Below are positions 38,863-47,119 of a DNA stretch of 64,000 bases, piece by piece (positions within the stretch are counted from its first letter, which is position 1; every line of letters begins with the position of its first letter). The position numbers were made by a program, and so were the translations under genes. The stretch is taken from IMG/VR virus record IMGVR_UViG_3300037047_000119. One strand, given 5' to 3'. The notes under the pieces are model-generated. The model was not told the origin of the DNA. It was given only the letters and a program-made list of their open reading frames with translations, and did not search any database. This stretch comes from an uncultured virus (IMG/VR IMGVR_UViG_3300037047_000119) (taxonomy: Duplodnaviria > Heunggongvirae > Uroviricota > Caudoviricetes).

Positions 38863-40019
38863 CTACCTGGATTCGGTCGAAAACGAGGATTACGTGATCC
38901 CTTCGGAGCAGCGTCATACTCAAGCCTAACTGGATTCCCTTGCATCCTTGGCTGACTCAAATCCTCCACAGGAAGCTGGAACGTCGGAACCCCGTCAAGG
39001 GACCCCTGTTGTGCCTCCCACATGGCGCGCTCTTCCTCTGACATCGTGTCAACGGTCTCTAGGGCGTCCATGTGCGGTGGTCGACGAACTGGTCGCGGGG
39101 GGAGACCCGGAAGGGGTCTTCCGGCGACCTTTCGTGCCTCTAGCAGTTGCCGGTTCTCCGCCTCGATGGCCTCTCGCATCGCGTCCTGATCCCCGGAGTC
39201 GACGAAAGAGTCATACTCCGGAGGGTTTTCACGCTCGGACTGTGCAACCACCGGCTGCGAGGGACGCGACACAACGGGCTGCGTTGCCCCTGGGGGCGGT
39301 GCCTGGGTCGGGAGGATAGGACGGCGCCCTTGCACACCAGGAGCGGCCACAGGGGGCGCGTCGGGTGCCCTCATCCCGATCGTTTCAGGAGCCGCTGCCG
39401 TTCGGTCCTCCGGTTGGCCGGGGGACTCCTCAATGAGGGAATCCCGGGCGAGGGCCTTTGCCATTCGGGTCACGGGACTCTGATCCGAGTACGACTCTTT
39501 CTTTTTCTTGACTTCCTGGAGTTCCTCCAGTCGCTTACTCAGACGTTCGATCTCGGTGTCCAGATCGGAGGGGTCAAACTCAATCGCTTTCTCCGTCAGT
39601 TGATCGATCTGCTCGATCAGTTCGGAGTACTTCCGAAAGACCCCAATCCGAATCGACCCGGTCCATTTCAAAACAAGGCGTCGAAGAGCCTGCACCTTCG
39701 GGATCTTAACCTTCTGCCCGTTGGGTAGAACCTCGCCGGTTTCCACCACGTCCAGATCTCGAAGATCCAGTCCATTCACTGCCACAATCGCGTGGGAAAG
39801 CATCGCCACTTTGAACCGCTCCAGGTAGTCCGCGGTCGTAGCGACACTCTCCTCACCTTGCAGAGCTTCATTGGCGTACCTCTGCACCTCGACTTCTTGC
39901 TCGGGAGACAGAAGACGCACTGTGACCGGGATCCCATTGACGGGGAACGTCAACTCACCCTGGCCAATCTTTGTGATGGGAGCAAATGCCTGCTCCAGGG
40001 CCTCGAAAGAAACCTGCAT
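38859..40019 (-). CDS. Putative tail assembly chaperone with Pro-rich disordered C-terminus
   Basis: Start reassigned to ATG 40019 (GGAGG SD). VTVRLLSPEQE...LSHAIVAVNG resembles myovirus tail chaperones; follows the tube gene. Confidence 0.6.
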   Translation of the reverse strand: MQVSFEALEQAFAPITKIGQGELTFPVNGIPVTVRLLSPEQEVEVQRYANEALQGEESVATTADYLERFKVAMLSHAIVAVNGLDLRDLDVVETGEVLPNGQKVKIPKVQALRRLVLKWTGSIRIGVFRKYSELIEQIDQLTEKAIEFDPSDLDTEIERLSKRLEELQEVKKKKESYSDQSPVTRMAKALARDSLIEESPGQPEDRTAAAPETIGMRAPDAPPVAAPGVQGRRPILPTQAPPPGATQPVVSRPSQPVVAQSERENPPEYDSFVDSGDQDAMREAIEAENRQLLEARKVAGRPLPGLPPRPVRRPPHMDALETVDTMSEEERAMWEAQQGSLDGVPTFQLPVEDLSQPRMQGNPVRLEYDAAPKGSRNPRFRPNPGR

Positions 40020-40240
40020 GCTTCCCTCCGGTTTGGGTGCCGTAGGAAGCAGTCTGTCGGCCCTAGCCAGCACAAGAGAGGACGTACGTAGACATCTGTT
40101 GCCGTACCCATCAACCATCCCCTGCGGGAGGAAAAAAGCTCAACAGGATACTCTACATTCGTCCGTCGGGTCTGTATCAGGCCGCCGGGGCTGCTTCCGC
40201 ATGTGTAGTACCAACCTGAAATCTCAGGTGGGCTTTTCCG

Positions 40241-41092
40241 TTAGATCTGAATGAACGCAGATTGCGTCCCGCCGCCACCAAGTCCACCACCGGCCTGGGC
40301 GATCGTAAACGCGGGATTACCAGAGGCGTAACGGATCGAGCCAAGCTGACCGATCGTGGGATCGTTACCCGTGGCCATGAACTCTCCGTAGACGCTCGCG
40401 AAGTCATGCACGTCAGAAACGTTGATGTCGCCCGACTCCATGATCATGCCGGAATCTTTCGAGAACGAAGCGTTCCAGGAGGTAAACCAGCATGCCTCAT
40501 AGATCGTGATGATGGCGCTATGCGCCCGGTTGTTCGTGTCCAGCAGCGGACTGCCTTTGCTTCCCGCATAGGTGACCTGGGGGTAGCTTACCGTTTTCAC
40601 ACCACCGTCAAACTGACCGGCCTGTCCACTGTACCCCGTATTGGCGGCTCCCGTAGCTCCTGCACCCATGTCGGCATCAGCCAGTGTGCTGAAAACCAAC
40701 TGCTGCTCCATATCGAAGGGCCAGCGGTGATGCCGTAGTGAACGGACCGGGCCGTCTACACCCGAGGCATAACCTGTGGCCTGCCACAGGTTGCACAGGT
40801 ACAGGAGCGCCCGCTCGAAGTTGCCGTTCATAGGCTCCGTCACAGACGGCACCAGTTCGGCAATCTGATCACCGAAACCGACCCCACGTACAGGTTCAAT
40901 GCTTCGAGACTCAGACGGGCTGAACTGAGATACGACCCCCATCTGATGCATCGCCTGTGTGTTGCCGTAGTGCGGGGTAAGGATCCGCACCTTCTGCGAT
41001 ACCGCCGTCCTGGTGTTGGGGGTCGACCCGTAGTTGTACAGGTACGAGGTCCCACCCACACCGTTCTGGGGATTGATGTCCTGATTCGCCAT
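40241..41092 (-). CDS. Tail tube protein
   Basis: GVVSQFSPSESR.IEPVRGVG....ELVP, PFDMEQ and YEACWFTSW......D..I.E match myovirus tube proteins; upstream of chaperones and tape measure. Confidence 0.75.
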   Translation of the reverse strand: MANQDINPQNGVGGTSYLYNYGSTPNTRTAVSQKVRILTPHYGNTQAMHQMGVVSQFSPSESRSIEPVRGVGFGDQIAELVPSVTEPMNGNFERALLYLCNLWQATGYASGVDGPVRSLRHHRWPFDMEQQLVFSTLADADMGAGATGAANTGYSGQAGQFDGGVKTVSYPQVTYAGSKGSPLLDTNNRAHSAIITIYEACWFTSWNASFSKDSGMIMESGDINVSDVHDFASVYGEFMATGNDPTIGQLGSIRYASGNPAFTIAQAGGGLGGGGTQSAFIQI

Positions 41093-41140
41093 GAGTACCT
41101 CCGAAACGGCGGTAGAGATCCATCCACCACTGTCCGGAGG

Positions 41141-41157
41141 TTATAGAGAGGAAAACG
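41141..41157 (-). promoter_or_regulatory. Putative phage late promoter (CGTT-N7-CTATAA) for the tube gene
   Basis: Repeated motif in the intergenic gap upstream of the tube ATG. Confidence 0.6.
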
Positions 41158-41177
41158 AGGGAAACGGGCGGGATCCC

Positions 41178-43730
41178 TTAGAGGGTCTGAATGCCGACCT
41201 GCAGTGCCATGGCCAGGGCTCCAAAAGCGTGGGCATCCAGATCCACAGCAGCGTACTTTTTGAACTGGGGCTCCCAATCCCCCGTCAGGGCCTTCGTCCC
41301 GGCACGGAACAACGGGATCAGGGTCTTCAACACACCCAGTTCGGACACGTGCTGCTCCAGGAAATCCGCCAGCCGACTCAGGTGCGCCCGGTACATGGTC
41401 GTCTTCCCGGCGGAATTCTGGAGCAGTGCCAGAGCCAACAGGGTGCTCTTCATCACCCGAGACTGAAGCGTGCTTCCCGGATAGCCCCCGTCGCCCTGGA
41501 GTTTTCCGAGTGCCGAGAGCAACAGCGTCGCACCGGATGCCTGTTCCTGAACCAACTCGGAAATGACCTCCCCAAACCCGACTCCTCGAACGGCAGCCTC
41601 TGAGATCTTTCTGCGGGACCCCCGGAGCGGCCCCCCGGCACTCTTGGTGCCTGCGAAGGGCTGATCATCGGAGTCACAAAAACCGAGGTTCCCCCTTGAC
41701 CAGTTGGACGATCCCGCGGTAGAGGATCCCGCGGAAGCAAAACACGACACCGTGTACGCATCCGGAGGGGAATAGTCCACACTGGAAGCAAGTGGCGCGC
41801 TCAGGTAGTGGACATCAACTCCCCGGGATGGAGCGAAAGCACTTAGTCGGACATTGCTATCCGCGTGGATGATGGCACCACGTGTGCGGATCTCTTTCAT
41901 GTCCGAGGGCAACCCCACAGGGACGACCTGCTGACTCGGAGTCACACCAGCCTGATCCCCGACCCGTTTCACCACCGCGCACAGGCTCATCACCCGGCTG
42001 GCCAGTCCGAAATCGAGTGACAGCTTCTTGAGATTGATGTCCAGCACCTTGCTGGCAGGTCCGGTTTTAGCGATACCCATGGCGGACTCCAAGTCCTCGA
42101 TTTGTCGTCCCGCCCACAGAAGCGCCACCGTCCCGTCAGGCATCGCCCTTCTGACCCCCGACACATCCAGGGTCGTCCTCTCTCCTGCCCACTCAAGCCT
42201 GATCTGGTAGGGCAATGAGTCTCCCGTCGTCCCATTGTCCGTGATCACGATGGGCCGACCATCCCAGACCTCCCCAACGTCATGGGTCTGGGTCCCGGAT
42301 CCCTCCACATCAATGATCGCTTTCACGTTGCACTGGCGGGGACTCGTGACTGCGTTGAACAACTCCAGTCCAGCGACCGCCACGTCCTCGCGGACATTCA
42401 GCATGCGCTGAACACCACCCGTTCGACGTGCCAGCAGTGCCAGAAAACGATCCTGGGCGGCGTTTCCAATCCCGAGGACATGGACCCGGCAACCCGACGC
42501 GACAGTGTGCTCTACGATATCGCCGGTATCGGAAACCTCCCCATCAGTGATGAGGAAAATGTCCCCCGGTCCCCCCATAACCTCAATCGCCCTGGAGATG
42601 GCCGACAACAACTCGGTCCCTCCATCAGGATGGGTGTCCGCCAACCATCGGGTCGCCCGTGCCCGAGTACTCTCCGTGGCTGGAGCCATCGAGTCGTGGA
42701 AAACCTGCGTCGTCGCGTTGAACCTGAGCAATCCGAACTCGTCCGTGGGATGAAGCGCTGAGAGACACGCGATGGCGGCAACCCTTGCCTGGGTGATCCG
42801 GCTTCCTTGCATCGACCCAGAGCGATCCAGAATGAACATCACCTTACGAGAAGTCCTCGGTGCCCGCGGGACTCGGTCTGACGGAAGCATCGCCGTCCAG
42901 CGGGGGCTCTTGTCCGGGAACTGGGACGCCCTCGGGGTGCGCTGCACCAACGAGTCGTCCATGAACACGACCGGGTTGATCTCGCGGGTGGCAACGTCCA
43001 GTACCAGATCACGGTCGGGGTGATCGGACATCCCTGCAAGGCGCACATCCACGGATCCGTCAGCGTTCGGCTGCACCGAGATGTTGTGTGAAGGAGACGA
43101 CACCGTCCCGATGAGTCCGTTGGACTCGGCATGGAGATGGAACGAAATCTGATGAAGCTCCGAGGCGTCACTCCGCCATTCCGGCAGAGTCAGGTCGTCA
43201 AACACGTCCTGTGGCAGGTCGATCCTGTGCCCCAACGGAGTGGTGTACGCCCGCGACTGGCTGTGGTAGTTCGGCGCCAGCGTGAACGGGAACCGGAACC
43301 GATAGCCCTCGTCTCGGGTCTCGACGCCGCTGACGACCTCTACAGCCACCGTGATGACCTCGTCGGGCTGTACCTGACCCACAAGGATGGAGACCACCCC
43401 GTCCAGAGCGATTTCAGCCAGCGTCGAAAGGTGCCCTCCGGCGATGCCCTCCTCGTACTCCTTGCGGGCTTCCTCCCGAGGACTCAGCTTGGACTCCACC
43501 TCGAAATCCGCACCCTTGACTTTAAACCGCCGAACGACCCCATTCCGAGGAAGCTGAAAAACGTACACGGCCTCCATCGGCTGTTTCGTCTGGCACTTGA
43601 AGGTGTGGATCACCGTCAGATGTCCCCCCATGTGGTTCAGGTGTCCATTCAGTTCCAGCTTCTCCATGGCCAAAGGCACGGGCTGCAGTGTGCCTACCTG
43701 GAACAAACCGTTTCCTAGCTGCTCATACAT
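41178..43730 (-). CDS. VIT and vWA domain protein, 850 aa
   Basis: VIT: EAVYVFQLP...V..F...EARKEYEE.IAGGH...L. vWA MIDAS: FILDRSGSM, GGTEL, FLITDGE, VHVLGIG. Confidence 0.9.
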   Translation of the reverse strand: MYEQLGNGLFQVGTLQPVPLAMEKLELNGHLNHMGGHLTVIHTFKCQTKQPMEAVYVFQLPRNGVVRRFKVKGADFEVESKLSPREEARKEYEEGIAGGHLSTLAEIALDGVVSILVGQVQPDEVITVAVEVVSGVETRDEGYRFRFPFTLAPNYHSQSRAYTTPLGHRIDLPQDVFDDLTLPEWRSDASELHQISFHLHAESNGLIGTVSSPSHNISVQPNADGSVDVRLAGMSDHPDRDLVLDVATREINPVVFMDDSLVQRTPRASQFPDKSPRWTAMLPSDRVPRAPRTSRKVMFILDRSGSMQGSRITQARVAAIACLSALHPTDEFGLLRFNATTQVFHDSMAPATESTRARATRWLADTHPDGGTELLSAISRAIEVMGGPGDIFLITDGEVSDTGDIVEHTVASGCRVHVLGIGNAAQDRFLALLARRTGGVQRMLNVREDVAVAGLELFNAVTSPRQCNVKAIIDVEGSGTQTHDVGEVWDGRPIVITDNGTTGDSLPYQIRLEWAGERTTLDVSGVRRAMPDGTVALLWAGRQIEDLESAMGIAKTGPASKVLDINLKKLSLDFGLASRVMSLCAVVKRVGDQAGVTPSQQVVPVGLPSDMKEIRTRGAIIHADSNVRLSAFAPSRGVDVHYLSAPLASSVDYSPPDAYTVSCFASAGSSTAGSSNWSRGNLGFCDSDDQPFAGTKSAGGPLRGSRRKISEAAVRGVGFGEVISELVQEQASGATLLLSALGKLQGDGGYPGSTLQSRVMKSTLLALALLQNSAGKTTMYRAHLSRLADFLEQHVSELGVLKTLIPLFRAGTKALTGDWEPQFKKYAAVDLDAHAFGALAMALQVGIQTL

Positions 43731-44444
43731 CTATTCTTCTCCATTTTGGGAAATGTCCCGTGTGAGTTCTTCACAGGAGGACAAGAGTTCCGCGAATTCC
43801 GCCATCGCCGTTTTAATCAAGTTGACTGTCTGGGGGCTTTTTCGCCCTCGGATTTGGACTGTTACAGATTTTCCTATCCGGTGTTCCGTAACAATGATGG
43901 GGCCTGTCAGAGACTGATCCACCTTATCCTTCCCCAGTCGGGCTATCTGATGCAAACTCATTTTTGCTGCCCGTTGCTCAGCAATGAACTTCAATCGACT
44001 TAGATGACTTTGGTCATAATAAGAACTTGGGCCACGAAGTTTCGGTGGGTGAAGAACCCGCTCCGCGATATAGTAACGAATAGTCCTGCCAGAGACCCCT
44101 GAACGCTCCGCCAGTTGTGCTAAACTCATAGATTCCCCCTGCTCGGAGGGAACCTCCCACACAGGAAAATCCGGGGGCAATTCGTTCAGTTCTCCCGTTT
44201 GGGCAAAAGCCAGGAGTTCTGGAGTCGCTCGGAACCATTCTCCTTTTATACGGAGGGTAGAGAACTTGTGGTGTAGCATCCTTTCCGACCTAAACATGTC
44301 CTTGGTGGGGAGATACCGAAGAGGGACCAGATCCGCTAAACTTTGACTTTGAATAGCCGACATCCGAGATTCCGGATCTGCTGAAGCTCCGATCTTGATT
44401 GCACCGTTGGTAAGATCATGCAGGAAATAAACATACCCCTCCAT
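43731..44444 (-). CDS. T5orf172/GIY-YIG-like domain fused to a MerR-family HTH
   Basis: Start reassigned to ATG 44444 (AAGGAGG SD). GYVYF...IKIG.S.DP..R...E..LH..F...RI.GEWF followed by SLAQLAERSGVSGRTIRYY....L.PP......Y...HL.RL.FI. Confidence 0.85.
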   Translation of the reverse strand: MEGYVYFLHDLTNGAIKIGASADPESRMSAIQSQSLADLVPLRYLPTKDMFRSERMLHHKFSTLRIKGEWFRATPELLAFAQTGELNELPPDFPVWEVPSEQGESMSLAQLAERSGVSGRTIRYYIAERVLHPPKLRGPSSYYDQSHLSRLKFIAEQRAAKMSLHQIARLGKDKVDQSLTGPIIVTEHRIGKSVTVQIRGRKSPQTVNLIKTAMAEFAELLSSCEELTRDISQNGEE

Positions 44445-44466
44445 GTCAAACCTCCTTCCCGAAAAC

Positions 44467-44495
44467 ACGATAAACCTCGGGGGTCGAACTGTCAA
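44467..44495 (-). promoter_or_regulatory. Sigma70-type promoter TTGACA-N17-TATCGT for the MerR/VIT-vWA operon
   Basis: Perfect -35 box, 17-bp spacer, and -10 box 23 nt upstream of the ATG. Confidence 0.7.
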
Positions 44496-44550
44496 GAACT
44501 GGCTCGAAAAATTCTCGTTTTTGGGATCATCTGAGCGGCCGTTTGAGTAG

Positions 44551-44887
44551 TCTGGGTGTAGCAAGGCTGGCGGCAACAGTAAGCCCCCGGCAAGAAAAGT
44601 AAGACTGGCACCTGTTCAAAGGATATCGTCGCTATGCAACGTGCTCCGCCGTAACGAGAAACGTGACTGAACTGCCCCGCGTGGGGTTACTGAGGATGCA
44701 ACGGCAAGGGGGACGACGCCCCGCCCTGAGAAGGGGCGACGGTCGGTGGCAACAACCTGGGGTAACGGAGGTTTCCCATGATGCCGTAACGGGCGCCGGG
44801 AACAAACGCAAAAGATGCTACTTCAGAGTGGTGGAGACACCCCGCCTGGGCCGAAGGGGCATACGGTTCGGGCGGGGTGTCGTTTTT
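44551..44887 (+). ncRNA. Candidate multi-branched structured RNA of unknown class
   Basis: Eight or more nested helices found by eye in a gap with no credible ORF, ending in a terminator. Confidence 0.55.
44836..44887 (+). terminator. Intrinsic terminator
   Basis: GACACCCCGCC/GGCGGGGTGTC 11-bp perfect stem, extendable with G-U pairs, followed by GTTTTT. Confidence 0.75.
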
Positions 44888-44929
44888 GGTGTCATCGGAG
44901 TAGAGTCCCTCACAAGAGGAGGACTCTCA

Positions 44930-45091
44930 ATGCGTTGGGTTTTGGGACTACTGTTGCTGGGACTGTCACTGACGGTGTCGTGTGCCCACTTTCAGAAGGG
45001 CTGTCGGTGTGGAGGGGCGCACATCACTTGGGCTAAAGTGTGTCGGTCATGTCCTTGTGACTGCGACAAATGTGAGAAACCGTGTCCTTAA
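44930..45091 (+). CDS. Small Cys-rich putative lipoprotein, 53 aa
   Basis: AGGAGG SD; MRWVLGLLLLGLSLTVS-C signal peptide and lipobox-like site; 8 further Cys residues. Confidence 0.65.
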   Translation: MRWVLGLLLLGLSLTVSCAHFQKGCRCGGAHITWAKVCRSCPCDCDKCEKPCP

Positions 45092-46299
45092 CGGCATCCT
45101 GATTTCATCTTCCCCCGGAACACGGCTCGTCCTCGGTCAAGCGGGATGTTCTCCACGCTGCATGTCCCATCCTCGAAGGAGGTCAACAAACTGATCCCTT
45201 GCTGCCAGTCGGCATTCGGGTCGGAACCCGGAACAATTCCGTCAACGCGGCAAAGACATCCCGGGCTGGTCGAGAACACGGAATAGCTTCCTGATCGACC
45301 TGGGATCGACCGATACGCCAACTCTCTTCGATGGATATGCCCGAACACCTCATGACAGGTGGCCTCTCTTACGGAAGCTGCTACCGTAGCACCACCACCT
45401 TTTCGCACCACATCCCCATGACGGAACCGAAGGTCGTCCATCCAAAAATCATGCTTGTGGTATCTGATATTGAGACCGGACAATTTTAACAGGTAGGGGA
45501 CACTGAGGAGTGGCTCCTCCTCTGTTCCCATCAGCCCAAGCAACTCATCCGCTTGAAGGGTGAGGAACTTTTCGATCCGCTCCTCGTGGTTACCCTCCAT
45601 GTACTCGATGTCGGCGGTCAGATTCCCCATTCGGAGGCGGACGAGCCACTCATGGAAAGCCTCCAATGCGGGCTGGGTTGTGAAACGGTTCTCCGGTTTT
45701 CGGGGGAACTTCGTAGTCCAAGAGGTAAGGTCGAGCATGTCCCCAAGCAATACGATCGTGTCTGGTTTCACCTCGCTGGCAACCTGAAGGACGATGTCCA
45801 GCGCTCTCTCATCATGGTATGGGATCAGTGTCCGCTTTTTGAAGTCCCAGTCGAATCCAAAGTGGGCGTCTCCAAAAGTGAGCACCGTCTTAGATCCCGG
45901 ATTCCCGACAGGCTTCGGCAACTGAGCCACCGAAACCTCTTTGACCCCGTTGAGCCACTCCGGTTTTCGCTCCAGGTGTGCTTTGATCTGCCAGAGTTCC
46001 TTCCCGTCCGGGGAGTCCCACTTGTTGGCAGTCCAGGCAGAAACGATCCATTTTGCGGTGTCAATTTGGGCCACTCGCAGCAGTTCGTCGAGTGTGTGAA
46101 TGGTCTGTCCGGAACTAACAACGGTCTGGCCATTATCCGCTACAAAAACTGTGTTCTGCGAAACAATATCCTGCGACAGAGTTTTCATGATCAGATAGCG
46201 TGCTTTATGACGAGAAATACCAGCAGCCTGAGCAGCTAATGCATAGGATCCAGTGCGGCGAAATTCTGCCATCAAAACTTCTAGGTTGAGTTTCTTCAC
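45088..46299 (-). CDS. Calcineurin-like metallophosphoesterase with N-terminal HTH-like region
   Basis: Complete motif set GDAH, GDMLD, GNHE, HGD, GHIHR. Confidence 0.9.
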   Translation of the reverse strand: MKKLNLEVLMAEFRRTGSYALAAQAAGISRHKARYLIMKTLSQDIVSQNTVFVADNGQTVVSSGQTIHTLDELLRVAQIDTAKWIVSAWTANKWDSPDGKELWQIKAHLERKPEWLNGVKEVSVAQLPKPVGNPGSKTVLTFGDAHFGFDWDFKKRTLIPYHDERALDIVLQVASEVKPDTIVLLGDMLDLTSWTTKFPRKPENRFTTQPALEAFHEWLVRLRMGNLTADIEYMEGNHEERIEKFLTLQADELLGLMGTEEEPLLSVPYLLKLSGLNIRYHKHDFWMDDLRFRHGDVVRKGGGATVAASVREATCHEVFGHIHRRELAYRSIPGRSGSYSVFSTSPGCLCRVDGIVPGSDPNADWQQGISLLTSFEDGTCSVENIPLDRGRAVFRGKMKSGCR

Positions 46300-46373
46300 G
46301 TCGATTTTCTCGCTCGTTGAGGGTTACTCATCCCCCGGCACAACCGGAATGCGGCCTTGTTACTAACCCCGCG

Positions 46374-46390
46374 CTATAGGGCGACCAACG
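46374..46390 (-). promoter_or_regulatory. Putative phage late promoter (CGTT-N7-CTATAG)
   Basis: Repeated motif upstream of the metallophosphoesterase. Confidence 0.55.
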
Positions 46391-46462
46391 AGAAAATTAC
46401 GGAGGTCTATTAGTAAACTGAGAGTCTTCCCGGTATAGTGCTTGAGGGAATAGGAGATTCCA

Positions 46463-47119
46463 ATGGGATGTGTATACAGACTCATAGCCCCCAATGGCAA
46501 ATCCTATGTGGGGTACACGCAGGATCTTGTCAAAAGGATCAAAGAGCACACCAGCTTGGCAAAAACCTCCGGGGACTACCTGATTCACAGGGCAATCCGT
46601 AAATACGGGTGGGATCAATTCCGAGTCGAGGTTTTATTTGAATCGAATGATCTCCAAAAGCTCAAATCCAAAGAGATCGAAAAAATTGTAGAACTGGACA
46701 CGCATGTGTCCTCCAAACGGGGGTACAACCTAACCAGAGGTGGGGACGGGGTATTAGGGCACCGTCATTCTCCCCAAACCAAAGAGAAACTTCGACTGTC
46801 TCATCTAGGGAAAAAACTTCTCCCGGAAACCAAACGGAAAATAGCGGAGGCACATAGAGGGAGAAAAAATACCCCCGAGCATAATCGAAATATCAGTTTA
46901 GCCATGATGGGACACCCGTCCTATAAAAAGTCTGGCACTCCCTGCAAAGAGTCCACCAGAGAGAAACTGAGCAAAATAATGCAGGGTAAAAAGTATCCCA
47001 GCCGAAAACCACCCCCGCCTATCACCGAGGAACACCGTCAAAAACTACGAGAGGGACAGGCCAGAAGACGAGCCAAAGAACAAGAGGAGAAAAGGAATGC
47101 TTCCGGAACATCTGCGTGA
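46463..47119 (+). CDS. Free-standing GIY-YIG homing endonuclease with NUMOD3-like repeats
   Basis: GCVY...YVG.T...KR..EH...E...GYN; repeated (H)S.ETK.K.S....GKK units. Confidence 0.9.
   Translation: MGCVYRLIAPNGKSYVGYTQDLVKRIKEHTSLAKTSGDYLIHRAIRKYGWDQFRVEVLFESNDLQKLKSKEIEKIVELDTHVSSKRGYNLTRGGDGVLGHRHSPQTKEKLRLSHLGKKLLPETKRKIAEAHRGRKNTPEHNRNISLAMMGHPSYKKSGTPCKESTREKLSKIMQGKKYPSRKPPPPITEEHRQKLREGQARRRAKEQEEKRNASGTSA

Noticed and set aside
37540..40019. Programmed frameshift between the two chaperone-like genes
   Set aside because: No convincing slippery heptamer seen at the junction; the genes are joined by an ordinary ATGA overlap.
3507..43730. Numerous short plus-strand and alternate-frame ORFs in the track
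   Set aside because: They are shadows of long GC-rich minus-strand genes, with no SD or recognisable motifs.
44828..44885. Minus-strand CTCCACCA suggesting a tRNA or tmRNA 3' end
   Set aside because: No T-arm (GTTCRA) or acceptor stem; it abuts the terminator stem.
44663..44929. N-terminal 89 codons of the listed 142-aa ORF
   Set aside because: They cross a strong terminator; a better SD and signal peptide begin at ATG 44930.
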